Assembly (NCBI GenBank): GCA_002011125.2 | Contig: MTMF02000009.1 | Span: 1,192,989 to 1,256,988 of the forward strand | Length of the DNA stretch: 64,000 bases | Origin: Candidatus Hydrothermarchaeum profundi | GTDB lineage: Archaea > Hydrothermarchaeota > Hydrothermarchaeia > Hydrothermarchaeales > Hydrothermarchaeaceae | Reading direction: 5' to 3' | In this document: positions 20,823 through 29,412 of the stretch, piece by piece | Layout: the number at the start of each line of letters is the position of its first letter | How positions within the stretch are numbered: position 1 is the first letter of the stretch | Translations under genes and position numbers: made by a program | Notes under the pieces: model-generated | Seen by the model: the letters and a program-made list of their open reading frames with translations, nothing else | Databases searched by the model: none | What the model was told of the DNA's origin: nothing

Positions 20823-22314
20823 CTTCAAGGTGATACTAATGCATAGAAAAGAGTTTTATTCTTCTCAGATTAAGAAATTTTTTCCAAAACTACTAACCCT
20901 CCAAGATATTAGAAAAAACTCAGATACCTATGGATGTTTTGATCTTCCTTATTGGGAGGGCGAAATAGATTTCCCCAATGCGAGATGGCAAGAAGCTGTA
21001 GCGGCTATATCTTGGTTATATCTAAAAAAAAAAGATCGGATATTAGGAAAAAGAATAGAAGGTGGAATTTCCTTTTGGAAATCTCTACAAAATAAAGATG
21101 GGTCATTTCCAGAATATAATAAGAGAGATAGAAGTTTTTCTGCAACAGCTTTTTCTTCGTTAGCTGTTGCGTTAGCAATAAGACTAACTAATAACAACGA
21201 AGAGGAATGGCTCGACGCTTTATATAAAGCCGGTAAATGGTTGGCAAAGAATAACGAGCATATATACCTGAATCAACAGGCAGCAGCTTCATTAGCTCTT
21301 TTATATATATATTATCTTACTAAAGAGGAAAAATTTCTAGATGAATCGGAAAAAAAATTAAATGAAATTCTTAGAAATCAAACTGAGGATGGGTATTATC
21401 CAGAGAAAAAAGGCCTAGATTTAAGCTATTCTTCTCTTACTTTGGCTTTATTAGGAAACTATTATGTTAATGTAAAAGATCGCAGGATAATTAATTCAGC
21501 AAAAAAATTTATCAGTTTTGCGTCACATTTTATTTTTCCTGACGGTTCTTTCGGAGGCTACTACAATACAAGGACGGTAGGATGGTTAATTTTAGATGGT
21601 TTCGAAATTTTTTCTAAAAGTATTCCTCTGTCTAATTTTTTATTAGAAAAAATAACTAAGGCACATGTTGAACAAATTTGCAGGATAGAACATCTGCCGG
21701 ATAATCGCCACTTATGTACTGATTTAATTTGGTTATGCTTGGCGTATGATCACTGTAAAAATAAATTCCAAATGCCAGTTGTGGACTTTCCTGAGAGAAA
21801 GATTTTCAACGCAAGTAATATTAAAATAATTAGGAATAGAAACTACATCATTATTACTGATATGTCAGAAGAAAGACTGTTTTCACTCTGGACTACTAAT
21901 GGTTTTAGGATATTTGTTAATCCATTTGAAAGAGAGGAAAAAAAAGTTTCGCCGCTTATAAGGAGGTTCGGTGTCCACAAGTTAAGAAGATTTAAATACC
22001 TCAAATTCAAAAAATTTACAACACCCTTAAAGATTAGTATGCTGTCTAACGAGAGGGTAGTATTAACAGGTGATAAAATAATCTTAGCAACAAGACCAAA
22101 CGAACTCTCGATTTCAGGGAATAACTTTAATATGTTGAGATTATCAAGTAAAGATGGTTATATTGTTATTAAAATCGAAGATGGTGATTTGAGTTATCTT
22201 GATAGAGGAGTAATATCAGTTTCTGATTCCATTTTTTATGGTGATAAAGCTTTACATTTCATTGAAGTATTCTCGGTAGATAAAAAAAATATTAACTTTC
22301 ATTTGATAATATGA
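20815..22314 (+). CDS. Hypothetical alpha/alpha-barrel protein with QW-like repeats
   Basis: WKSLQNKDGSFPEY, RNQTEDGYYPE, FIFPDGSFGG repeats. Beta-rich C-terminus. Function unknown. Confidence 0.6.
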   Translation: MFNFKVILMHRKEFYSSQIKKFFPKLLTLQDIRKNSDTYGCFDLPYWEGEIDFPNARWQEAVAAISWLYLKKKDRILGKRIEGGISFWKSLQNKDGSFPEYNKRDRSFSATAFSSLAVALAIRLTNNNEEEWLDALYKAGKWLAKNNEHIYLNQQAAASLALLYIYYLTKEEKFLDESEKKLNEILRNQTEDGYYPEKKGLDLSYSSLTLALLGNYYVNVKDRRIINSAKKFISFASHFIFPDGSFGGYYNTRTVGWLILDGFEIFSKSIPLSNFLLEKITKAHVEQICRIEHLPDNRHLCTDLIWLCLAYDHCKNKFQMPVVDFPERKIFNASNIKIIRNRNYIIITDMSEERLFSLWTTNGFRIFVNPFEREEKKVSPLIRRFGVHKLRRFKYLKFKKFTTPLKISMLSNERVVLTGDKIILATRPNELSISGNNFNMLRLSSKDGYIVIKIEDGDLSYLDRGVISVSDSIFYGDKALHFIEVFSVDKKNINFHLII

Positions 22315-23300
22315 TTTCAGAGTACCCGTTTATTTCAATAGTTATAATTACTCAAAATGAAGAAAAAAATATTAAAGACTGTCTAGATTCTATTATGGCT
22401 ATAGATTATCCCAAAGAAAGATATGAGATAATCATAGTGGATAGTTCTTCTGATAAAACTGCCGAAATAGCTAATAAATATAGTGTAAAAATTTTAAAAA
22501 CCAGTCCTAATAATTTTGCTTTTTCACGAAATATAGGAATTAACGAAGCTAAGGGAGAATTTGTAGCTTTTACTGATGCTGATTGTATTGTGCCTAGAGA
22601 TTGGCTAAAAACCTTAGTAAAAAATTTTGATAGTAATACGGCTGGAGTTGGAGGAAATGCATTTCCACCTAAGAATTCAACTTACTTTGGAAAATGTGTT
22701 GCAAGTCTAGGATTTCCTGCAGGTGGTTCTATTGGTCTAGATAGCCTCGTCAAAAAAATAGATAGTGGGGTTAGTGCACTATCTACATGCAATGCTATCT
22801 TTAAAAAAGATGTGATTTGTAAAATTGGAGGGTTTAATGAAAAATTAAATTATGGTGGAGAAGATTTTGATTTATCCCGAAGGCTGAGAAGTAAGGGGTA
22901 TATTTTAAAATATGAGCCAAAATCGTATGTTTACCATAAGCCTAGAGAAACCATTGCCGAATTTTTAAAATGGAATTATCGTAGGGGTAAAGCCAAATAT
23001 AAATACAATAAATTAAATTCTTTATTTGTTTTCTTAAATCCTTTTTCAATAACTTGGATTGGCTTTTTATTTTTTCTGAGTTTGGTTAATATAAGATACT
23101 CTCTTTTTTTTATACTCTGCATATGGCTCTTTACAATATTAGTGATGTTTTTAGGTACTAAGAGGTATAGGATGTTAATAAGCCGTAGAAAAAAAAGTGG
23201 TATAGATCTACCCTCTATTTTTATTACTGTAGCATTTTTATTTTATCTAAGACAAATGTTTTTAAACTTAGGCCAAATGAGGGAGATGCTTTCTAAATGA
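22311..23300 (+). CDS. Glycosyltransferase family 2 with C-terminal TM helices
   Basis: ISIVI..NEE, AFTDADC, GGEDFDL, LGFPAGGS. Confidence 0.9.
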   Translation: MISEYPFISIVIITQNEEKNIKDCLDSIMAIDYPKERYEIIIVDSSSDKTAEIANKYSVKILKTSPNNFAFSRNIGINEAKGEFVAFTDADCIVPRDWLKTLVKNFDSNTAGVGGNAFPPKNSTYFGKCVASLGFPAGGSIGLDSLVKKIDSGVSALSTCNAIFKKDVICKIGGFNEKLNYGGEDFDLSRRLRSKGYILKYEPKSYVYHKPRETIAEFLKWNYRRGKAKYKYNKLNSLFVFLNPFSITWIGFLFFLSLVNIRYSLFFILCIWLFTILVMFLGTKRYRMLISRRKKSGIDLPSIFITVAFLFYLRQMFLNLGQMREMLSK

Positions 23301-24667
23301 CGAAGTTATTCCTAGAGGATGTATTAAAAAAAAGGAGAAGCATTAGAAAATTCAAAAAAGAAAAAATAGATTTAGCACTGATTCGGGAGGTAGTGGAAGC
23401 TGGGAGGTGGGCTCCCTCTGCATGCAATATGCAACATTGGGAATTTGTAGTAATAACTGATGAGAAAAAAATCAAAAATATATACGAGAAAGCTGGAGGA
23501 CAAAATATAATAAAAAATGCACCAGCGATTATTGCTGTTTTTTTCCATAAAGAATTAAACTCACAAAATTACGCTAATATCCAATCAGCATCAGCAGCAG
23601 TGCAAAATATGCTATTAAAAGCTTATGAGTTGGGTTTGGGAACATGTTGGGTCTGTGGTTTTGGAGATAAAAAGGAAATTAAAAAATTATTAAAGGCACC
23701 TGAAAATTTTGAACTTTTATGCTTAGTTTTGATAGGAAAGCCTTTGGAAGAACCTTACCCTCCCCCCTCAAGAAGACCATTATCGAAAATAATCTATTTA
23801 AATGAGTTCTCTCCTACTCCTCCTAAATTTCCCACGGGGATAAGAACTTCTTTATGGGATATTAGTGAAGTTTTGGAGTATCAAAAATACTCCTCTAGGG
23901 CAGGTGGACTGGGGAAAGATTATGAAAAATATGACGCTGAAGAAATAGAGGCGATTAGAGAGACTCTAAAAAAAATCTTACCGCGAGATAAATTAAGGAT
24001 CTTGTCTCTTTACTCCTATGATGGGACAATATTAAAAAAAATTATGAAAATCTTTGAAAACCATGAAATGTTTGATCTTGAGTTAAGTAAGGAAGCTTGT
24101 CTTTATATTGAAAGTAAAGTGGGGTATATGAATTTTTCAGTAGGAGCCCTCAAATTGCCATTTAAAAAAGAATCCTTTGATATTATAGTAGCGATTTTTT
24201 CTTTAGAAAAGATACCACAATGGGAAAAACTTATAGAAGACTCTTACTTTTTTTTAAAAAGAAACGGTAAAATGATAATATTCTTTAAAAATAGCATTTC
24301 ATTATATGGATTGATATATCTTGGGATTGAAAAAATATTAAAAGTTAGAGATGTTCAGAGTTTTTATAGCTCTGGGCCATTTGAACCTATTAATTCAATA
24401 AAACTGAAAAAAATTTTGGTAAAATATGGTTTTTATCTAAAAACGAAAGGATTCTTTTTGGTACCTCCAGATGTATTGATCTATTCAAAAAAAATAGATA
24501 GATATTTAAAACGTCATGGAAAAGAGATATCTCATTTTAAGTTCTTATTGAAATATATAGCAAGTATATTGGTATATTTATTTAGAATAACGAAAAGAGT
24601 TAGGTTAACGGAAATATCATCCACTATGCTGATAATAGCAGAAAAAATAGATAATAGATATTTATGA
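23297..24667 (+). CDS. Nitroreductase-family domain fused to a class I methyltransferase-like domain
   Basis: RRSIRKF, APSACNMQHWEF, GLGTCW in the N-terminal part. LPFKKESFDII..., LKRNGKMII in the C-terminal part. Confidence 0.8.
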   Translation: MTKLFLEDVLKKRRSIRKFKKEKIDLALIREVVEAGRWAPSACNMQHWEFVVITDEKKIKNIYEKAGGQNIIKNAPAIIAVFFHKELNSQNYANIQSASAAVQNMLLKAYELGLGTCWVCGFGDKKEIKKLLKAPENFELLCLVLIGKPLEEPYPPPSRRPLSKIIYLNEFSPTPPKFPTGIRTSLWDISEVLEYQKYSSRAGGLGKDYEKYDAEEIEAIRETLKKILPRDKLRILSLYSYDGTILKKIMKIFENHEMFDLELSKEACLYIESKVGYMNFSVGALKLPFKKESFDIIVAIFSLEKIPQWEKLIEDSYFFLKRNGKMIIFFKNSISLYGLIYLGIEKILKVRDVQSFYSSGPFEPINSIKLKKILVKYGFYLKTKGFFLVPPDVLIYSKKIDRYLKRHGKEISHFKFLLKYIASILVYLFRITKRVRLTEISSTMLIIAEKIDNRYL

Positions 24668-25596
24668 AACTAGTTGTAACTATTCCGGCTTTTAATGAAG
24701 AAAAAACGATTGGAAAAGTAATTAGAAATATTCCTAGAGATTGTTGTGATGAAGTAGAAGTTCTGGTTATCGATGACGGTTCTACTGATAAAACTGTAGA
24801 ACGAGCCAGAGAAAATGGTGCTGATAAGATAGTGACCTTTAAAAGAAATTTAGGACTTGCTACGGCTTTTAGGAAAGGAATAGAAACGGCTTTAGAGATG
24901 AAAGCGGATATAATAGTAAATATAGATGCTGATGGGCAATACGATCCTAACGAGATTCCTGTGATCATACAGCCCATACTAGAAGGAAAAGCGGATATAG
25001 TTTTAGGTTCTCGGTTCTTAGGTAATATTGAATACATGCCTATCCAAAAGAAACTGGGAAATAAACTTGCAACAAAAATAACTAGCTTCCTTGTGGGTAT
25101 ACCCATATCAGATGCACAAACTGGGTTCAGAGCCTTCACAAAAAATGCAGCAATGAAGATTCATGTTTTGTCAAAATATACCTATGTACAGGAAACTATA
25201 ATACAAGCTGTTTATAAAAATTTAAAAATACTTGAAGTTCCTTGTAGTTTCAGAAAAAGAGAAGGAAAATCTAGGCTAATCTCAAATATCTTCACATATG
25301 CAATAAAAGCGGGACTTGTTATATTTAAGACCTATTTAGACTATAAACCTTTAAAAGTTTTTTTGTTTCTTGGGGGGGCGCTGTTTCTAGTGGGGCTACT
25401 ATTTGGAGCTAGGGTATTAATAGATTTCTTGCAAACCGGGGGAGTGCACTTTCTGCCTTCGGCAATACTTACAGCTATTTTCCTAATTATAGGATTTCAG
25501 ATAGTTGTTTTGGGATTAATTGCGGCAATGATCGGAACAAATCGGAGGATAATGGAAGATATACTCTATTACCAGAAAAAATCGAGGTATAAATGA
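24664..25596 (+). CDS. GT2 polyprenol-phosphate glycosyltransferase (DPM synthase-like) with 2 C-terminal TMs
   Basis: IPAFNEE, DDGSTD, DADGQY, GSRF, DAQTGFRAF. Confidence 0.9.
   Translation: MKLVVTIPAFNEEKTIGKVIRNIPRDCCDEVEVLVIDDGSTDKTVERARENGADKIVTFKRNLGLATAFRKGIETALEMKADIIVNIDADGQYDPNEIPVIIQPILEGKADIVLGSRFLGNIEYMPIQKKLGNKLATKITSFLVGIPISDAQTGFRAFTKNAAMKIHVLSKYTYVQETIIQAVYKNLKILEVPCSFRKREGKSRLISNIFTYAIKAGLVIFKTYLDYKPLKVFLFLGGALFLVGLLFGARVLIDFLQTGGVHFLPSAILTAIFLIIGFQIVVLGLIAAMIGTNRRIMEDILYYQKKSRYK
25223..25346 (+). repeat. 124-bp exact direct repeat, copy 1 (copy 2 at 28051-28174)
   Basis: Base-by-base comparison from TAAAAATACTTGAAG to TTAGACTATAA, offset 2828 bp. Confidence 0.9.
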
Positions 25597-25655
25597 ATCA
25601 AGACTATCTTTTAGATATTTTTTCATATTTGTTGATTTAGCTAAAACCTAAAACC

Positions 25656-26562
25656 TGTTCTATCTTACCACATGTGTCTGCTTTTAAATCCTTGGAAGTG
25701 AGAACAGATGTGGGGTCATATTGGAGCGAGAACTGAAACGTAGGAGATGGACAGTTCACAAGAAACTCCAAGGCTGGAAGGAGAAGGATATCGCTGGGGC
25801 TCTTAAAAATATGTGCCAGGACTGTGAGAAGCTGGTGGAAGGCTTACCACCAGTACGGATGGTCAGGATTGGAGTTCAAGACCCAAAGACCTAAGACTAT
25901 CCATAGAAAGGACGAGAAAGCAGTTAGACCGAGCCATAGAGTTAAGTACAAGATACGGCTGGGGTCCAAAGCAAGGATAGCGGCCTACATGAAAGGGGAG
26001 GGCATACGCATATAATACAGTCTTATAGATATCTCTGTGATACGGGGCTCAACAGGCCGCAAGACAAGCCCCGGATAGACCTAGAGCAAAACACGGTTCC
26101 AGAAAGAATATCCTAATAGCTTGTGGTAGGCCGACTTCAAGCTGGCTGAGGACGACTAATTGGATGCTCACCTACCTGGATGACCACTCAAGGTTTGTCC
26201 TAGGATCTGAGAAGTTCTACGATCCCCTCTAAGAATGTCCTATGGCTCTTGGAAGAGTGTGTAGATACATATGGTAGGCCAGAGTAGATCCTCAGCGATA
26301 AGGTACGCAGTTCTATCCGGCTAGGAAGAAGGGCTGCCAGGGGCTTGGTATAGAGCATATTGTGGCAAGTAAGAGAAGACCGTCCATGATAGGTAAAGGT
26401 AAGGTAATGGACTTCATAAGGCCTATGTGTTTGAGGCCTGGATGTTTAACAGTCTCAGTAAGTTAGTGTACTACTGGAACTATGAGAGGCCTCACCAAGG
26501 GATCCACTATATGTCTCCTGCCTAGTTATACTTTAACAGGACATATGTCCTAGGATAGAACA
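25656..26562 (+). mobile_element. Degenerate IS481-family-like insertion sequence
   Basis: TGT...ACA ends. 23-bp imperfect IRs (19/23: TGTTCTATCTTACCACATGTGTC vs TGTTCTATCCTAGGACATATGTC). Integrase-core fragments PNSLW*ADFK, YLDDHSRF, ILSD.G.QF, YWNYERPHQG with stops. Flanking (c/a)taaaacc(c)taaaacc duplication. Confidence 0.8.
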
Positions 26563-26627
26563 ATAAAACCCTAAAACCCAAAAATTTTAAATACCATTAA
26601 TATTGGCAACTAATAAAATTTAAGATA

Positions 26628-28031
26628 ATGAAGGTTTTGCTTATTGTGCCAAACGCAATAGGGAAATATTACAAACCAACTTCCCCACATGTTGGGATCG
26701 CCTATCTGGCAGCTTTTTTGATGAAAAATGAGATTGCTGTAGAAGTTATTGATCTGAGACTAGACTCAAAAATTGAAAAACTATTTGATAAAATTCAAAA
26801 TTTCTCTCCGGATCTTATAGGTATTACTTGTGCCAGTAGAGAATACGATATAGCCTATGGTATTATTAGCCAAATCAAAGATAATTATAGCACCCCTGTC
26901 GTAATCGGTGGGCCTCATCCCTCTGTAATCCAAGAAAAGATATTACTAGAATCCAAGGCGGATTATGCTGTTATAGGTGAGGGAGAATATACGTTATTGG
27001 ATTTGGTTACTGGGAAGGATCTTGAGAATATAAATGGGTTGGTTTGGCGGGATAATGGAAAAATCGTGAAAAATCCGAAGAGAGAACTAATAGAAGATTT
27101 AGATTCGCTCCCCTTCCCAGCATACGAAAAATTTGAGCTTGAAAAATATCTTGATAATAAGATTCCAATAGTTTCATCTAGAGGATGTCCCTTTAGATGT
27201 ACGTATTGTTCCATAAAACTAATAATGGGCAATAGATTTAGGGCAAGAAGTCCAGAGAATGTAGTGGATGAGATAGAGTATTGGCATAATAAGGGGTATA
27301 ATTATTTCACCTTTACTGACGACAACTTCACATGCGACATAAATAGAGCTATTAGAATATGTGAGTTAATCATTGAAAGAGGATTAAAAATTAAATGGGA
27401 TTTGAGAAATGGAATAAGAGTAAATCGTGTAAATAAGGAACTCTTAGAAAAAATGAAAAGAGCTGGCTGCTTTTATCTTGCCTATGGCATTGAATCCGGG
27501 CATCCCGAAGTATTAAAAAACATAAAAAAAGGTATCACTACGAAACAGGTTAGAAATGCCGTAAAATTAGCCAAGGATGTTGGAATAAAGGTGGGCGGTT
27601 TCTTTTTAATTGGTGCCCCAGGTGACACCTTTGAAAGATTTAGGTACACCCTTAATTTCGCAAAATCATTAAGACTTAATGAAGCTATGTTTTATAATAT
27701 AGTTCCTTACCCGGGTACAGAGTTACAAAAATGGGTTTCAAAAAATGCAAAATTCCTGTATCCCCCAGAGATTTACTTAAACGAAATATCCTATGATGCT
27801 CATGAACCTGTATTTGTAACTGATGATTTTTCCAAAGAAGAAAGAAGACTAGCTCATGAATTGGGTGAAGTGTATACTATGAAATTATTCTTTAAAAGCG
27901 AGTTTGGGACAGTTTTAGGACCGATCTTCTACGGTTTCTGGAAAAACAAGTTAATTAGAAAATATGGTTTAAATGCTGGTCTTAGATTCTGGGCATTTAC
28001 GAGAAAACTAAAGACGAGAATTAAGTCGTGA
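26628..28031 (+). CDS. Cobalamin-binding radical SAM protein (class B-like)
   Basis: PHVGIAYLAA, IGGPHPS, GEGE, SSRGCPFRCTYC, YGIESG, PYPGT. Confidence 0.92.
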   Translation: MKVLLIVPNAIGKYYKPTSPHVGIAYLAAFLMKNEIAVEVIDLRLDSKIEKLFDKIQNFSPDLIGITCASREYDIAYGIISQIKDNYSTPVVIGGPHPSVIQEKILLESKADYAVIGEGEYTLLDLVTGKDLENINGLVWRDNGKIVKNPKRELIEDLDSLPFPAYEKFELEKYLDNKIPIVSSRGCPFRCTYCSIKLIMGNRFRARSPENVVDEIEYWHNKGYNYFTFTDDNFTCDINRAIRICELIIERGLKIKWDLRNGIRVNRVNKELLEKMKRAGCFYLAYGIESGHPEVLKNIKKGITTKQVRNAVKLAKDVGIKVGGFFLIGAPGDTFERFRYTLNFAKSLRLNEAMFYNIVPYPGTELQKWVSKNAKFLYPPEIYLNEISYDAHEPVFVTDDFSKEERRLAHELGEVYTMKLFFKSEFGTVLGPIFYGFWKNKLIRKYGLNAGLRFWAFTRKLKTRIKS

Positions 28032-28050
28032 GGAACTTTTGATTATTCTC

Positions 28051-28416
28051 TAAAAATACTTGAAGTTCCTTGTAGTTTCAGAAAAAGAGAAGGAAAATCT
28101 AGGCTAATCTCAAATATCTTCACATATGCAATAAAAGCGGGACTTGTTATATTTAAGACCTATTTAGACTATAAGCCCTTAAGAGTATTCTTGATTCAAG
28201 GATTTCTTTTGATATTCGTGGGAATGTTATTTGGGATGGATGGTATTAATAGATTTTATTGAAACGGGAGGAGTGCATTTCTTTCCTTCGGTGATACTGA
28301 CAGCGATATTTTTAATGATAGGATTTCAGATAGTTGTTTTGGGATTAATTGTAGCAATGATTGGAACAAATCGGAGGATAATGGAAGATATACTGTATCG
28401 TTTGAAAAAAATCTAA
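28051..28416 (+). pseudogene. Orphan duplicate of the 3' third of the GT2 gene at 24664-25596
   Basis: 28051-28174 is identical to 25223-25346. The downstream part is a diverged paralog of the TM-coding tail (GGVHF.PS.ILTAIFL.IGFQIVVLGLI...TNRRIMEDILY). Confidence 0.85.
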
Positions 28417-28427
28417 TTATAAATAAT

Positions 28428-29372
28428 TCAGTATTTATCCTTTATGTATTCCTCAATATATCCAATTTGTTGAAGAATAAAACTTAAGAATAATAGTACT
28501 AGGATAAGCGGGAATTTTGGATCTCTGTGAAATTTTTTTATTATGTTTTTCGTTGACCAAAATCTAAGTTTTACAAAATCTCCGACATAACCGACTTTCT
28601 TTTTAAAATAATAGTTGCTTCTTCCTCTTGTCAACTGCCATTTGACGAAAGATGAAAAGCTCTCTCTAGGCTCATGTATAACAATTGCATTTGGCAGATA
28701 TTTTATTTTGAATCCTTGTTTTGACAGTCTATAGGAAAACTCAGAGTCTTCTCCACCCGGGGTCTTAAATGTTTCGTCAAAAAATCCAATTTTTAGAAAT
28801 AAATCTTTCCTCACTGCGCAGTTACATGTAGTTATATGATCTGTGAACCCTTCTTTGGAGACATGCCACATGTTTTCAAAACCGACAGATCCACCAGCAG
28901 GGAATCCTAACGCTGAAATAGAGTCACCGAGAAAGTTAGATTTAGGAATTTTCACGTGACCTTGAACAGCATGGATATTTTGATCATCAAAGGCTTTTGC
29001 GATATTTTTCAACCAGTCTTTTTTAGCTACGCAGTCAGAGTCTGTGAAAGCAATGATTTGTCCATTAGCTTCTCTAATTCCGACGTTCCTTGCACCAGCA
29101 GGACCTTTTTTGTTTTTTAGCTTCACTACTTTGGCATATTCTTTTGCAATCTCAGAGGTTGGATCCGAGGAGTTGTCATCAATTACGATAATCTCATAAT
29201 CATAAAAATCCTGAGTTTTTAGGGATTCCAATAAATTATGTATTTTAGTAGAAGCATTGTGAGCTGGAATTACAACAGAAATATATGGTTTCATACAGAG
29301 TTCACTTATTTTTGACATTTGACAAATAATGTCCATCTCTTGAATGTATCCCCATCCCATAAGAAATCGCAT
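28428..29372 (-). CDS. Glycosyltransferase family 2 (likely start 29294)
   Basis: ISVVIPAHN, AFTDSDC, LGFPAGGS, GGEDSEF. Paralog of 22311-23300. Confidence 0.9.
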   Translation of the reverse strand: MRFLMGWGYIQEMDIICQMSKISELCMKPYISVVIPAHNASTKIHNLLESLKTQDFYDYEIIVIDDNSSDPTSEIAKEYAKVVKLKNKKGPAGARNVGIREANGQIIAFTDSDCVAKKDWLKNIAKAFDDQNIHAVQGHVKIPKSNFLGDSISALGFPAGGSVGFENMWHVSKEGFTDHITTCNCAVRKDLFLKIGFFDETFKTPGGEDSEFSYRLSKQGFKIKYLPNAIVIHEPRESFSSFVKWQLTRGRSNYYFKKKVGYVGDFVKLRFWSTKNIIKKFHRDPKFPLILVLLFLSFILQQIGYIEEYIKDKY

Positions 29373-29412
29373 TTATTTTCCATTTTTCTTTTTTAAAAGA
29401 GAAACTAGAATT

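Noticed and set aside
20815-22314. Squalene-hopene cyclase, implying archaeal hopanoid synthesis
   Set aside because: There is no DxDD motif and only one short barrel region. QW-like repeats alone are not diagnostic.
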